Positions 50,077 to 59,329 of a DNA stretch of 64,000 nucleotides are shown here, in pieces. How positions within the stretch are numbered: position 1 is the stretch's first letter; each line of letters begins with the position of its first letter. The translations under genes were made by a program, and so were the position numbers. The notes beneath the pieces were generated by a model. The model searched no databases. It saw nothing but the letters and a program-made list of their open reading frames with translations, and was not told where the DNA came from. Source of the DNA: an uncultured bacterium. Its GTDB lineage: Bacteria; Acidobacteriota; HRBIN11; JAKEFK01. The stretch is taken from contig CAVZQN010000004.1 of NCBI GenBank assembly GCA_963777505.1, positions 1,472,001 to 1,536,000 of the forward strand. Reading direction: 5' to 3'.

Positions 50077-50649
50077 ATGATTACTCAACATAACTTGAAG
50101 GAAACAATACCGGCTCCATTCACCTCTGCGAGCCGATTGAGTTCTCGTGTACTCGTTCTTAATTCAACATATGAACCAGTTCATATCTGCAATGTAAGGC
50201 GAGCTGTCGTAATGATCTTTAAGGGAGTTGCAGTACTTCAAGAATCAGCACACTTCAATTTGCGATCGATCAGCGCATCGATTCCTGCTCCATCTGTAAT
50301 CAGATTGCTGCAGTTTATTCACATTCCTTATAAAAGGAAGCTCGCATCAAAAAATAATATTCTGATTCGCGATCGTTACGTTTGTCAGTATTGTGGCAAG
50401 ACTCTGAAATCTCAAGAAGTAACGCTGGATCATATCCTTCCGAAATCCCGTGGAGGAGTATCAAGCTGGGAAAATCTTGCCGCTTGTTGTTCGCGCTGCA
50501 ATGTAAAGAAGGGGAGCCGACTGCCCGAAGAAGCAGGCCTCACACTCCTTCGCGATCCGCGGAATGGATCTTCTTTTCACTTTCTTCATTTACTTCGTCA
50601 TTATGGTAGCGTTGATGAAAAGTGGAGAAAGTACCTGTTCTATTCCTGA
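50077..50649 (+). CDS. McrA-like HNH endonuclease
   Basis: VLVLN.TYEP, PSVIRL, RDRYVCQYCG, TLDHILPKSRGG..WEN...CSRCNVKKG. Confidence 0.92.
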   Translation: MITQHNLKETIPAPFTSASRLSSRVLVLNSTYEPVHICNVRRAVVMIFKGVAVLQESAHFNLRSISASIPAPSVIRLLQFIHIPYKRKLASKNNILIRDRYVCQYCGKTLKSQEVTLDHILPKSRGGVSSWENLAACCSRCNVKKGSRLPEEAGLTLLRDPRNGSSFHFLHLLRHYGSVDEKWRKYLFYS

Positions 50650-50674
50650 CGATTCCCTAAATTAGGAGCACCTC

Positions 50675-51415
50675 ATGTCTACAGGCATAAAAGTTCTTTT
50701 GATTGGATGCATTTCTGTTGTTGTGGTTACTGTGCTTGCGCTCGGAGTTGGTGGATATTTCGTTCAAAACTGGTGGTCAGAAAAAAGTAAAACAATCGAA
50801 AACGTTATTGGAACTGAAGATAGTGAATACGGAAAAAAAGTAGCAGAGCTCAATCAAAAATATCCATTTAAGGAACCCGCCGATAACATTGTTCGCGAAG
50901 AAAGACTTCAACGCTTTTTAGCCGTGCGGAAAGATATGGATGTCATATACAAGCAACATGAAGCTGAAATAAAACAGATCGGTGACAACACTAATACACC
51001 TTCGGATGCTCTTAAAGGCGTGGCTTTTTTAAACGATTTACGACTCGCACAAGTTAAAGCCTTGCAGGCTCAAAGTATGAGCAAAGATGAATACACATAC
51101 TTAACTCAGATGGTGTACGTAAACTGGCTTGCAATGATGGCCAATGAAGCTCTTCAAGGACAAAAGTCAGCGGTTGACCAGCTCAAATCTTCGATCGAGC
51201 AAATCGATCAACAATTAAAAGATCCTAACCTTACAGAAGATCAACGGCAGCAGCTTCAATTAACGAAAGATTCTCTTCAGGCGCAACTTGAAACGCTTGG
51301 ACAAGTAGAACAAGGGCTGAAAACCATACCGAAAGAAAATATCGCGCTGTTCAAGAAATACGATCAAGAAATCAGGCAGAACGAGATGACGGGACTAGAA
51401 TTTTTGGGATTCTAG
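50675..51415 (+). CDS. Membrane-anchored helical hypothetical protein
   Basis: N-terminal TM (IGC...GGYF), coiled-coil C-terminus, AGGAG RBS. Confidence 0.7.
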   Translation: MSTGIKVLLIGCISVVVVTVLALGVGGYFVQNWWSEKSKTIENVIGTEDSEYGKKVAELNQKYPFKEPADNIVREERLQRFLAVRKDMDVIYKQHEAEIKQIGDNTNTPSDALKGVAFLNDLRLAQVKALQAQSMSKDEYTYLTQMVYVNWLAMMANEALQGQKSAVDQLKSSIEQIDQQLKDPNLTEDQRQQLQLTKDSLQAQLETLGQVEQGLKTIPKENIALFKKYDQEIRQNEMTGLEFLGF

Positions 51416-51450
51416 ATCTACAAAGGGAAAAGTTTTTCTGCTTGGACAAG

Positions 51451-51555
51451 GCAGGGGAGCAGGGGAGCAGGGGAGCAGGGAGAAAATAAAAAATAAAAAT
51501 CAAAGATCAAAAATGAGAGCTTGGTTTTTGATTTTTTATTTTTCATTTTTTATTT
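51451..51555. repeat. (GCAGGGGA)n tandem octamer followed by an inverted A/T-rich heptamer element
   Basis: About 3.9 octamer copies at 51451-51481; A-rich arm 51483-51515, T-rich arm 51525-51555, between convergent genes. Confidence 0.8.
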
Positions 51556-52168
51556 GTAATAGTTTGCCGCCGCGATAAAGCAAATACATAGCAATTATTT
51601 GGATCACATGATACAGATCATTGTGATTGAAATGCTGATGCAGCGTAAATCCCGAAAGTTGAATTCCTGCCGCAACAAACGACACTAAAATCCCCGCACT
51701 GATCCATGCCGAAAAAGGCGCATGCCACCGGAAGATACACAGCGCCAGTATGAGAATCATAGCCGGAACATAGTCATAGATGACATATTTGAAGTCACTT
51801 GTTCGGGCTATGAAAATAATAAATACAGAGAATTGAATCCATGCCAGTACAAGCAAGATACGCCGCGGCAAGTCTTTCAACGTCGCATAGGCGGTTGATG
51901 AAAGCATGAACAAGGTTGAAACGCCAACTGCGTAGAGTGTGATCTTCCAAAGAAGTTTGTAAATAGATTCCGGTAAAGAACGAATAAATCCATGACAGGT
52001 GCCGCCAGTAATTGCAGCAATAGCTATCACAAAAAAGGCGAGCGCCCAGAACTTAATCGTAATTTCGCGATCGCGCGCTGCCTGTCTGCTGAGAAGTACG
52101 GCAAACACAAAAGTTTCTATTGCAAGAATGTAATCAGTGAGGACTGTTACGGGTTCTGTGATTGCCAC
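51536..52168 (-). CDS. Polytopic membrane protein (DUF6962-like) with conserved His residues
   Basis: About 7 TMs; EPVT..TD, GGTCHG, HFNHNDLYHVIQ. Confidence 0.65.
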   Translation of the reverse strand: MAITEPVTVLTDYILAIETFVFAVLLSRQAARDREITIKFWALAFFVIAIAAITGGTCHGFIRSLPESIYKLLWKITLYAVGVSTLFMLSSTAYATLKDLPRRILLVLAWIQFSVFIIFIARTSDFKYVIYDYVPAMILILALCIFRWHAPFSAWISAGILVSFVAAGIQLSGFTLHQHFNHNDLYHVIQIIAMYLLYRGGKLLQIKNEK

Positions 52169-52183
52169 AACCTTGCGTTGGAT

Positions 52184-52687
52184 TTATGCCTGGCGGAATT
52201 CAGAACTGCCGCACTCCTGGCATGCAGAAAGTTTTCGCCGGCGTTTTATCTCTTGAATCTTACTGCAACTGTTACACAGAAATACGCCACGATCTACGAT
52301 TTGTCCGGAATGATACGTGACTTTATCTGAAAAAGATGCTTCGAGATTTTCTGCTGCTTTTTTGATTCCTGCAGCTAGATTTTCAAGAATTTGTACGCCA
52401 ATTTCTCTCCCTTTCTTAAATGAATTATCAACCTTAATACGCTCTTTTGCGCTGTTGAGAGAATCAACCGTTTGTTGCCAGTTAGCCTGGATTCTTGAAT
52501 GAAATTGGTCGACTTTTTCTTTGCCGTATTTCTTTTCAAGCCTTGCTCGCACTGCTTCCGACACACGATCAAATTCACGCTTTGTTACACGTCCAGCGGT
52601 ACGAAGTCCCTCTTCAAGCAAAATCAGGAATTCATCCTGAACGCTACGAGATGATCTTTTCTTTTCTTTCTTCTCTTTCGTCGGCAT
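52184..52687 (-). CDS. Helical protein with C-terminal zinc ribbon
   Basis: YHSGQ...G.FLCNSC..CQECGS..F; AAGGAGGAG RBS before ATG 52687. Confidence 0.75.
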   Translation of the reverse strand: MPTKEKKEKKRSSRSVQDEFLILLEEGLRTAGRVTKREFDRVSEAVRARLEKKYGKEKVDQFHSRIQANWQQTVDSLNSAKERIKVDNSFKKGREIGVQILENLAAGIKKAAENLEASFSDKVTYHSGQIVDRGVFLCNSCSKIQEIKRRRKLSACQECGSSEFRQA

Positions 52688-53252
52688 ATTCAATCTCCTC
52701 CTTCCCGTTTGTGAGCGTCCTGCTGCTCCCGATCCTCAGGAATATCTTTAGATAGTTCGCAGCGGAAATAAGGGAGATCGCTACAGTCACCCATAATAAG
52801 AAACGTCCGAAACGCTCCCAGGGTTCAATGTAAGTATCTGCGACAATTAAAACGACAATTGTGCAGACCTGACAAACTGTCTTTAGCTTACCGAGCATAT
52901 TGGCAGGCATCAGGTAGCCTTTTGATAGTGCAATACTTCGAATTCCACTAACGGCAAACTCGCGACCGACAATAATGACAACCATCCATGCGGGAGCCAG
53001 ATTTAGCTCTACCAGAGAAATGAAGGCTGAAGATACGAGCAATTTATCAGCAATTGGATCAAGAAGCTTTCCGAATGCAGTTACTTGATTCCTTTTGCGG
53101 GCAAAATATCCATCGAAGAAATCGGTTAATGCCGCTATAACAAAAATGCAGACGCCATAAATCTCTTTTCCATCAATCTTGGTAAGTAAGATGACAACGA
53201 GAAAAGGGGTTAAGAAGATTCGGCTTAAAGTGAGTGTATTTGGGAGATTCAA
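52644..53252 (-). CDS. pgsA: CDP-diacylglycerol--glycerol-3-phosphate 3-phosphatidyltransferase
   Basis: NLPNTLT..RI, TDFFDGYFAR..GKLLDPIADK, GKLKT. Confidence 0.95.
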   Translation of the reverse strand: MNLPNTLTLSRIFLTPFLVVILLTKIDGKEIYGVCIFVIAALTDFFDGYFARKRNQVTAFGKLLDPIADKLLVSSAFISLVELNLAPAWMVVIIVGREFAVSGIRSIALSKGYLMPANMLGKLKTVCQVCTIVVLIVADTYIEPWERFGRFLLWVTVAISLISAANYLKIFLRIGSSRTLTNGKEEIEYADEREERKEKIIS

Positions 53253-53382
53253 ATTGAAGGCCTCAAGACAAATCTATAATACATCAAGGCACAATAGAAA
53301 GTTGATTTAGGGGGGAATTGTTTTTTAAGACCAAGTTCTTTATTCTAGAAATAATAGACCGGAAATCCGTGTCCGGGCGGAG

Positions 53383-53925
53383 GTGATTGTGTACCAGGAA
53401 AGCATTGATTTATCACATCTTCCGGCGGAGGGGCTAAATATTGACAGGCAAGTTCATTTGAATGCCTGGAGAATTAAAGAGCCTGATTGGGAAAGCCGAT
53501 CTGATCTGGTTTTTGATCTATTTATCAGTGGGAATCAAAGAAAAGCACTGGTTCGTGGAAAGTTTACTGCAGGAATCACAGCCCATTGTGATCGATGTTT
53601 GCAGTCATTTGATGTCGACTTGAGCCGTAGTTTTCGAGTGACCTATCTTGAGCCTGATGCTGAGCGCTTTGCACGTGAAGAAGTAGAATTATCGGATAGT
53701 GAACTCGAAGTTTCTTACATGGATAAATCCTATTTGCCATTGCATGATATGCTTCGGGAGCAGATTTATCTGTCACTGCCGATGAAGTTTTTATGTTCGG
53801 TAGATTGTAAGGGACTGTGTCCACATTGCGGTGCAAATTTGAATGAAGTAGAATGTGACTGCGATCAGGACCAGATGGATCCTCGCTGGGCTTCGTTAAA
53901 GGCGATAGCGAACGATCCTAACTAA
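53383..53925 (+). CDS. yceD: YceD/DUF177 protein
   Basis: CDRCL, LPMKFLC..CKGLCPHCG, DPRWASL; upstream of rpmF. Confidence 0.92.
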   Translation: MIVYQESIDLSHLPAEGLNIDRQVHLNAWRIKEPDWESRSDLVFDLFISGNQRKALVRGKFTAGITAHCDRCLQSFDVDLSRSFRVTYLEPDAERFAREEVELSDSELEVSYMDKSYLPLHDMLREQIYLSLPMKFLCSVDCKGLCPHCGANLNEVECDCDQDQMDPRWASLKAIANDPN

Positions 53926-53996
53926 TCCAATCCCCAGAGACGCAGTAAGGCGCACCGTATGAGGTGCGCATTCTTATTCTAGAGGTAATTACAGAT

Positions 53997-54185
53997 ATGC
54001 CAAATCCAAAACGGAGACATTCAAAAACACGCGGTCGAAAGAGAAGGACGCATGACGCTTTAACTGCTGCTCGTCTTTCGGAATGTCCAAATTGTCATGA
54101 ATTGAGAGTTGCACACCGGATTTGTCCGCATTGTGGGCATTTTGCCGGGCGTGAATATATTCCTGAAAAACAGGCCGAAAAATAG
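53997..54185 (+). CDS. rpmF: 50S ribosomal protein L32 (zinc-binding form)
   Basis: MPNPKRRHSK..RRTH, CPNC, HRICPHCG; start at ATG 53997 after a GAGGT RBS. Confidence 0.96.
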   Translation: MPNPKRRHSKTRGRKRRTHDALTAARLSECPNCHELRVAHRICPHCGHFAGREYIPEKQAEK

Positions 54186-54191
54186 ACGTCA

Positions 54192-55169
54192 ATGCCTGAT
54201 GATGTAACGATTTCTGTGGATGGGATGGGAGGCGATTTTGCGCCACAGAACATTGTTTCTGGTTGTGTTCAGGCAGTTAACGAAACGGGGATCCGGGTTC
54301 TCCTAACCGGCCCCGAAGATCGGATGAAGGAAGAGTTAGCCCACCATCAATATCCTGTCGAACGGATTTCAGTGGTTCATGCTCCTGAAGTTGTCACAAT
54401 GGATGATCAACCTACAACCGCAGTTCGCAAGAAACGCAATTCCTCAATGCGAGTTGCAGTAGATTTAGCGGCTGAAGGTAAAACAGATGGGATTATTAGC
54501 GCCGGTAATACTGGCGCTATGTATGCAACGGTTAAATTCATTATTGGAGCCTTGCCTGGAATTGATAGACTTCCTTTAGCGGCATGGTTTCCGCATCCAA
54601 CCGGACGTTCCATCGTTTTAGATGTAGGCGCCAATGTGGATTGCAAACCGCGTCATCTTCTGGAATTTGCTTTAATGGGCTCAATCTTCGCTCAGGAAAT
54701 TTTTAACATTCCTTCACCCCGCATCGGATTACTCAACATCGGCCATGAAGATGCAAAAGGGAATGATCTGACTCGCGAAACTTTTCCATTGCTTAAGCAA
54801 AGCGATCTTAATTTCATTGGTAATGTTGAAGGAAATGATGTTTTTAAAGGTACAGCTGACGTTTACGTTTGTGATGGCTTCATCGGCAATGTGGCTTTGA
54901 AGGTCAGCGAAAGCTTGATAGAAACTATTTTTCATTTGTTACAGGACGAAATTCAGCAACAACCTAAAATTGGTAAAGTATTAACACGTTATTTTGATTA
55001 TTCTGAATATGGTGGAGCTCCTTTGCTTGGAGCGCGGATTCCAAGTTTCGTATGCCATGGCAAATCGAGTTCTAAAGCAATTAAGAATGCAATTCGAGTT
55101 GCGGAAGAATTTTGCAGTCATAAAGTAAATGAAAGAATTGACCGCAAGATTTCCCGGCTGAATTCGTGA
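54192..55169 (+). CDS. plsX: Phosphate acyltransferase PlsX
   Basis: DGMGGDFAP, SAGNTGA, LDVGAN, DGFIGNVALK, HGKS. Confidence 0.95.
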   Translation: MPDDVTISVDGMGGDFAPQNIVSGCVQAVNETGIRVLLTGPEDRMKEELAHHQYPVERISVVHAPEVVTMDDQPTTAVRKKRNSSMRVAVDLAAEGKTDGIISAGNTGAMYATVKFIIGALPGIDRLPLAAWFPHPTGRSIVLDVGANVDCKPRHLLEFALMGSIFAQEIFNIPSPRIGLLNIGHEDAKGNDLTRETFPLLKQSDLNFIGNVEGNDVFKGTADVYVCDGFIGNVALKVSESLIETIFHLLQDEIQQQPKIGKVLTRYFDYSEYGGAPLLGARIPSFVCHGKSSSKAIKNAIRVAEEFCSHKVNERIDRKISRLNS

Positions 55170-55212
55170 AGCCGGGTTCCGAATTTTGACTCATGAAATG
55201 GATTGATGAATT

Positions 55213-56145
55213 ATGGCAAAAATTGCAGTTGTATTTCCCGGCCAGGGATCTCAAAACGTTGGGATGGGACGGGATTTCTATGATCGATATCCGCGAGCAC
55301 GCGGTGTATTTGAAGAAGCGGATCGTGCTTTAAAACGTCCCTTGAGCAAACTGTGTTTTGAAGGTCCGCAAGAAGAATTACAGCTTACGGAAAATACTCA
55401 ACCAGGATTATTAACAGTAAGTATCGCGATTTGGTCGCTGCTCAATGAGGTACTTCAGCCTGATTTTGTAGCAGGACACAGTCTTGGCGAATACACAGCA
55501 CTAACAGCAGCGGGTGCTTTGCGGTTTTCAGATGCGGTCAGATTAGTTCGCCGGCGTGGTGAATTTATGCAGCAGGCAGTGCCTGTTGGTCAGGGTGCGA
55601 TGCTTGCAGTCCTCGGCGCAGAGCCAGAAAAAGTCGAAGCACTCTGTAATGAAGCAGCGCAAGGACAGATCCTTTCCCCTGCGAATTTTAATTGCCCTGG
55701 ACAAATTGTTATTGCTGGTCATTCTGAAGCCATTCGCCGCGCCGCAGAAATGGCTCAAGCGATGGGAATCAAACGAACAATTCCGCTTGCAGTCAGTGCA
55801 CCCTTTCATTGTGCTTTAATGAAGCCAGCACAAGAAAACATGATGCCCGTAATCCAAGAACAGACATTCTATCCACTTAAATTTCCGCTCGTTACAAATG
55901 TTGATGCGTCCGTCGCTCAACTTCCGGAAAGAGTGCGCGATGCTTTGATCCGCCAGATCCCAAATCCTGTACTATGGTGGCAATCGATTGATTTACTGAT
56001 CCGCGAAGGAGTCAATACGTTTATCGAAGTAGGTGCCGGAAAAGTATTGACCGGAATGATCCGAAAAGTTTCGCGCGATGTTCAAACATTCAATGTTGAA
56101 AATGTAGACGACTATGAACAACTTCGCGCAAAATATCAAAGTTAA
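55213..56145 (+). CDS. fabD: Malonyl-CoA:ACP transacylase
   Basis: FPGQGSQ, GHSLGE, SAPFH. Confidence 0.96.
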   Translation: MAKIAVVFPGQGSQNVGMGRDFYDRYPRARGVFEEADRALKRPLSKLCFEGPQEELQLTENTQPGLLTVSIAIWSLLNEVLQPDFVAGHSLGEYTALTAAGALRFSDAVRLVRRRGEFMQQAVPVGQGAMLAVLGAEPEKVEALCNEAAQGQILSPANFNCPGQIVIAGHSEAIRRAAEMAQAMGIKRTIPLAVSAPFHCALMKPAQENMMPVIQEQTFYPLKFPLVTNVDASVAQLPERVRDALIRQIPNPVLWWQSIDLLIREGVNTFIEVGAGKVLTGMIRKVSRDVQTFNVENVDDYEQLRAKYQS

Positions 56146-56171
56146 ATTCTGCATCTCTGTGGTTTAATTCA

Positions 56172-56912
56172 ATGATGCTTAAAGAACGTTTAACAGTCGT
56201 AACTGGAGCAACTCGTGGAATCGGCCGCGCGATCGCATTGGAAGCTGCACGAAATGGCTCCGATGTAGTCTTATTTGGCCGGAACGAAGATCTTCTCGCC
56301 AGTGCAAAAGCCGAAATTGAAAGCATTGGACGAAGAGCTCTATCTCTTCCCGTTAATGTTGCAAAACAAAATGAGGTTGATGAAGTCTTTAAAACCGTTC
56401 TGAAAGAATTTCCTAAAATTGATTTCCTGGTAAATAATGCCGGTGTGACCCGCGATAATCTCTTACTGACTATGAAGCCGGAAGAATGGAATGATGTCCT
56501 TGAAACCAACCTGAACGGAGTTTATCACTGTAGTAAGGCCGTTCTCAGATCTATGATGAAGCAAAAATATGGAAAGATTGTTAACATAACTTCGATTGCC
56601 GGAATTACAGGAAATCCAGGTCAAACGAATTATTCGGCTTCAAAAGCCGGAGTGATCGGATTTACTAAAGCGTTGGCGAAAGAAATGGGAAAGCGTAATA
56701 TCTGTGTGAATGCAATTGCGCCTGGAATGATCGAAACCGATATGACTGTTTCACTCCCTGAAGAGCTGAAGAAACAGTATATGGAATCGATTCCTCTTGG
56801 ACGGTTCGGAAGAGCTGAAGAAGTAGCAGCACTCACAATCTTTTTGCTTTCTTCAGCAGCCGACTATATTACAGGGCAGACCTTCGCTATTGACGGCGGC
56901 CTTCAAATGTAA
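56172..56912 (+). CDS. fabG: 3-oxoacyl-ACP reductase
   Basis: TGATRGIG, NNAGVTRD, YSASKAG. Confidence 0.96.
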   Translation: MMLKERLTVVTGATRGIGRAIALEAARNGSDVVLFGRNEDLLASAKAEIESIGRRALSLPVNVAKQNEVDEVFKTVLKEFPKIDFLVNNAGVTRDNLLLTMKPEEWNDVLETNLNGVYHCSKAVLRSMMKQKYGKIVNITSIAGITGNPGQTNYSASKAGVIGFTKALAKEMGKRNICVNAIAPGMIETDMTVSLPEELKKQYMESIPLGRFGRAEEVAALTIFLLSSAADYITGQTFAIDGGLQM

Positions 56913-56979
56913 TATTTAAGTTTTTGGATTTTTACATCCGCTCTACGCGGACAATCCGCACAAACGACGGAGGACAAGA

Positions 56980-57210
56980 ATGGAAATCGCTGAAAAGGTA
57001 AAAGGTATCGTTACAGAACAATTAGGTGTGGATGCAGAGGAAGTAACACCAGAAGCAGCATTTATTGAGGACTTAGGGGCGGACTCTCTCGACACCGTTG
57101 AACTTGTAATGGCTTTTGAGGAAGAATTCGGAATTGTAATTCCGGATGAAGAGGCTGACAAGATTCGTACCGTAGGCCAGGCAATAAAATATATTGAAGA
57201 GCATAGTTAG
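56980..57210 (+). CDS. acpP: Acyl carrier protein
   Basis: [12 protein letters not shown]. Confidence 0.97.
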   Translation: MEIAEKVKGIVTEQLGVDAEEVTPEAAFIEDLGADSLDTVELVMAFEEEFGIVIPDEEADKIRTVGQAIKYIEEHS

Positions 57211-57218
57211 GAGGCCTT

Positions 57219-58460
57219 TTGGACCGCAGAGTTGTAATTACCGGAGTGGGGATGGTCTCTCCAATTGGGATTGGTACTGCAGCAAATTGGAATGGGCTGG
57301 TTGAAGGAAGATGCGGAATTTCAACAATTACGCGTTTTGATACGACTGACTACACCACTACGATTGCTGGTGAAATAAAAAATTTTGATCCTGCCGATTA
57401 CATTCCCAAAAAAGAAATTAAGAAAATGGATCTTTTTATCCATTACGCAATCGCAGCTTCAGATTTTGCTTTTCAAGATTCGGGCTTAAAAGTCGATTCC
57501 ACGAACGCTCCGCGCATTGGTGTTTATATCGGATCCGGTATTGGAGGATTCGGTGTCATTGAAGCGACACACAAAGCCCTTTTGGAAGGTGGTCCGCGAA
57601 AGATCTCTCCGTTTTTTATTCCTGCTTCCATTGTAAATCTTGCATCAGGCTGGGTTTCGATCCGGATTGGTGCGAAAGGTCCCAACTCAGCCACCTGTAC
57701 CGCTTGCACAACCGGTGCGCATGCAATTGGCGATGCATTTAAGATCGTTGCGCGTGGTGATGCAGATGTCATGATTGCCGGAGGATCAGAAGGCTGCATT
57801 ACACCTTTAGGAATCGGTGGATTTTGCGCAATGCGTGCTTTGTCTACACGAAATGATGAACCAGAAAAGGCAAGCCGTCCATTTGATAAAGATCGTGACG
57901 GATTTGTAATGGGCGAAGGCGCCGGAATTCTAATTTTGGAATCTCTTGAAAGTGCTCAAAAACGGAATGCACGCATCTATGCAGAAGTCGTTGGATACGG
58001 AATGTCCGGGGATGCTTTTCATATTACAGCACCATCTGAAGATGGTGATGGTGCGATTCGTGTTATGCAATTAACTATAAAAGATGCGGGAATTTCACCG
58101 CGTGAAGTGGATTACATTAATGCGCATGGAACATCGACACCATTTAATGATCGCGCGGAAACAATGGCAATAAAAAAAGTATTTGGAGATCATGCCAAAA
58201 AATTAGCCATAAGTTCAACGAAATCGATGACCGGCCATTTGCTTGGAGCTGCTGGAGGGTTGGAGAGCGCAATTATGGCTTTAGCGATTCACCATCAGAC
58301 TGCGCCGCCTACCATAAATCTTGATAACCCTGATCCGGATTGCGATCTTGATTATGTTCCTCATCACAGCCGGAAAATGGAAATTCGATACGCCCTATCC
58401 AATTCTTTTGGTTTCGGCGGCACCAATGGCGCCTTATTATTTAAAAGATATCCTGACTAA
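57219..58460 (+). CDS. fabF: 3-oxoacyl-ACP synthase II
   Basis: TACTTG, NAHGTST, GHLLGA, SFGFGG. Confidence 0.97.
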   Translation: MDRRVVITGVGMVSPIGIGTAANWNGLVEGRCGISTITRFDTTDYTTTIAGEIKNFDPADYIPKKEIKKMDLFIHYAIAASDFAFQDSGLKVDSTNAPRIGVYIGSGIGGFGVIEATHKALLEGGPRKISPFFIPASIVNLASGWVSIRIGAKGPNSATCTACTTGAHAIGDAFKIVARGDADVMIAGGSEGCITPLGIGGFCAMRALSTRNDEPEKASRPFDKDRDGFVMGEGAGILILESLESAQKRNARIYAEVVGYGMSGDAFHITAPSEDGDGAIRVMQLTIKDAGISPREVDYINAHGTSTPFNDRAETMAIKKVFGDHAKKLAISSTKSMTGHLLGAAGGLESAIMALAIHHQTAPPTINLDNPDPDCDLDYVPHHSRKMEIRYALSNSFGFGGTNGALLFKRYPD

Positions 58461-58461
58461 A

Positions 58462-58533
58462 GTAGGGGCGGGTCTAAGACCCGCCCGCCAGCCCTTATAA
58501 AAACACACGGGCGGGTCTTAGACCCGCCCCTAC
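58462..58533. repeat. REPIN-like perfect 26-bp inverted pair of GTAG-REPs
   Basis: GTAGGGGCGGGTCTAAGACCCGCCCG, 20-nt spacer, exact reverse complement. Confidence 0.9.
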
Positions 58534-58545
58534 GTAGGAAAACTG

Positions 58546-59319
58546 ATGAATATCATTGTTTTTGTTAAACAAGTACCAGATACGGCCACGCGAATTAAGA
58601 TCGGTGCAGGTGGAAAAAATATTGATGAGGCGGATGTCACATGGATTATTTCACCCTATGATGACTTTGCGCTTGAAGAAGCGCTTAAGATCAAAGAAAG
58701 CAAGGGTTCAGGAAAGGTAACTGTAGTGAGTCTGGGGCCTGAAAGAGCCTCAACATCTTTGCGCAATGCACTTGCGATGGGAGCCGATGAGGCAGTTCAT
58801 GTCAACGATCCGGCTGTTGATGGAAGTGATGCATTTGTCACCGCTCAAGTTCTTGCGGCTGTTGCAAAAGCACGACCGTTCGACATTTTATTCTTTGGAA
58901 AAATGGGCGTCGGAATGGATCAATCCCAGGTTCCTTCAATGGTCGCAGAAATATTGAATCTTCCGCAGGTGACTCAGATTGCTAAACTTGAAGTAGGCGA
59001 TGGTACTGTCACAGCCCATCGTGAAGTCGAAGGAGCAACCGAAACCGTAGAATCCCCTCTCCCTGTTGTTTTAGCGGCAGAGAAGGGTTTGAATGAGCCT
59101 CGTTATCCTAGCTTGAAAGGGATCATGGCCGCAAAAAAGAAACCAGTGGAAACGGTTACGCTTGCCTCATTAGGCGTGGCTGTTGCGAATCCTTCAGTGA
59201 CAGTCTTAAACATTTCACTTCCTCCCGAGCGGCAGGGGGGTAAAATTCTGACGGGTGATCCGCAGGATACCGTAAAAGAGTTAGTAAACCTTCTTCATAA
59301 CGAAGCAAAAGTAATATGA
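58546..59319 (+). CDS. etfB: Electron transfer flavoprotein beta subunit
   Basis: KQVPD, ALAMGAD, NEPRYPSL. Confidence 0.95.
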   Translation: MNIIVFVKQVPDTATRIKIGAGGKNIDEADVTWIISPYDDFALEEALKIKESKGSGKVTVVSLGPERASTSLRNALAMGADEAVHVNDPAVDGSDAFVTAQVLAAVAKARPFDILFFGKMGVGMDQSQVPSMVAEILNLPQVTQIAKLEVGDGTVTAHREVEGATETVESPLPVVLAAEKGLNEPRYPSLKGIMAAKKKPVETVTLASLGVAVANPSVTVLNISLPPERQGGKILTGDPQDTVKELVNLLHNEAKVI

Positions 59320-59329
59320 GAATAGTACT

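Noticed and set aside
50077-50649. HNH gene as Cas9/IscB or a restriction system
   Set aside because: Only 190 aa, no RuvC motifs, no methylase or array nearby.
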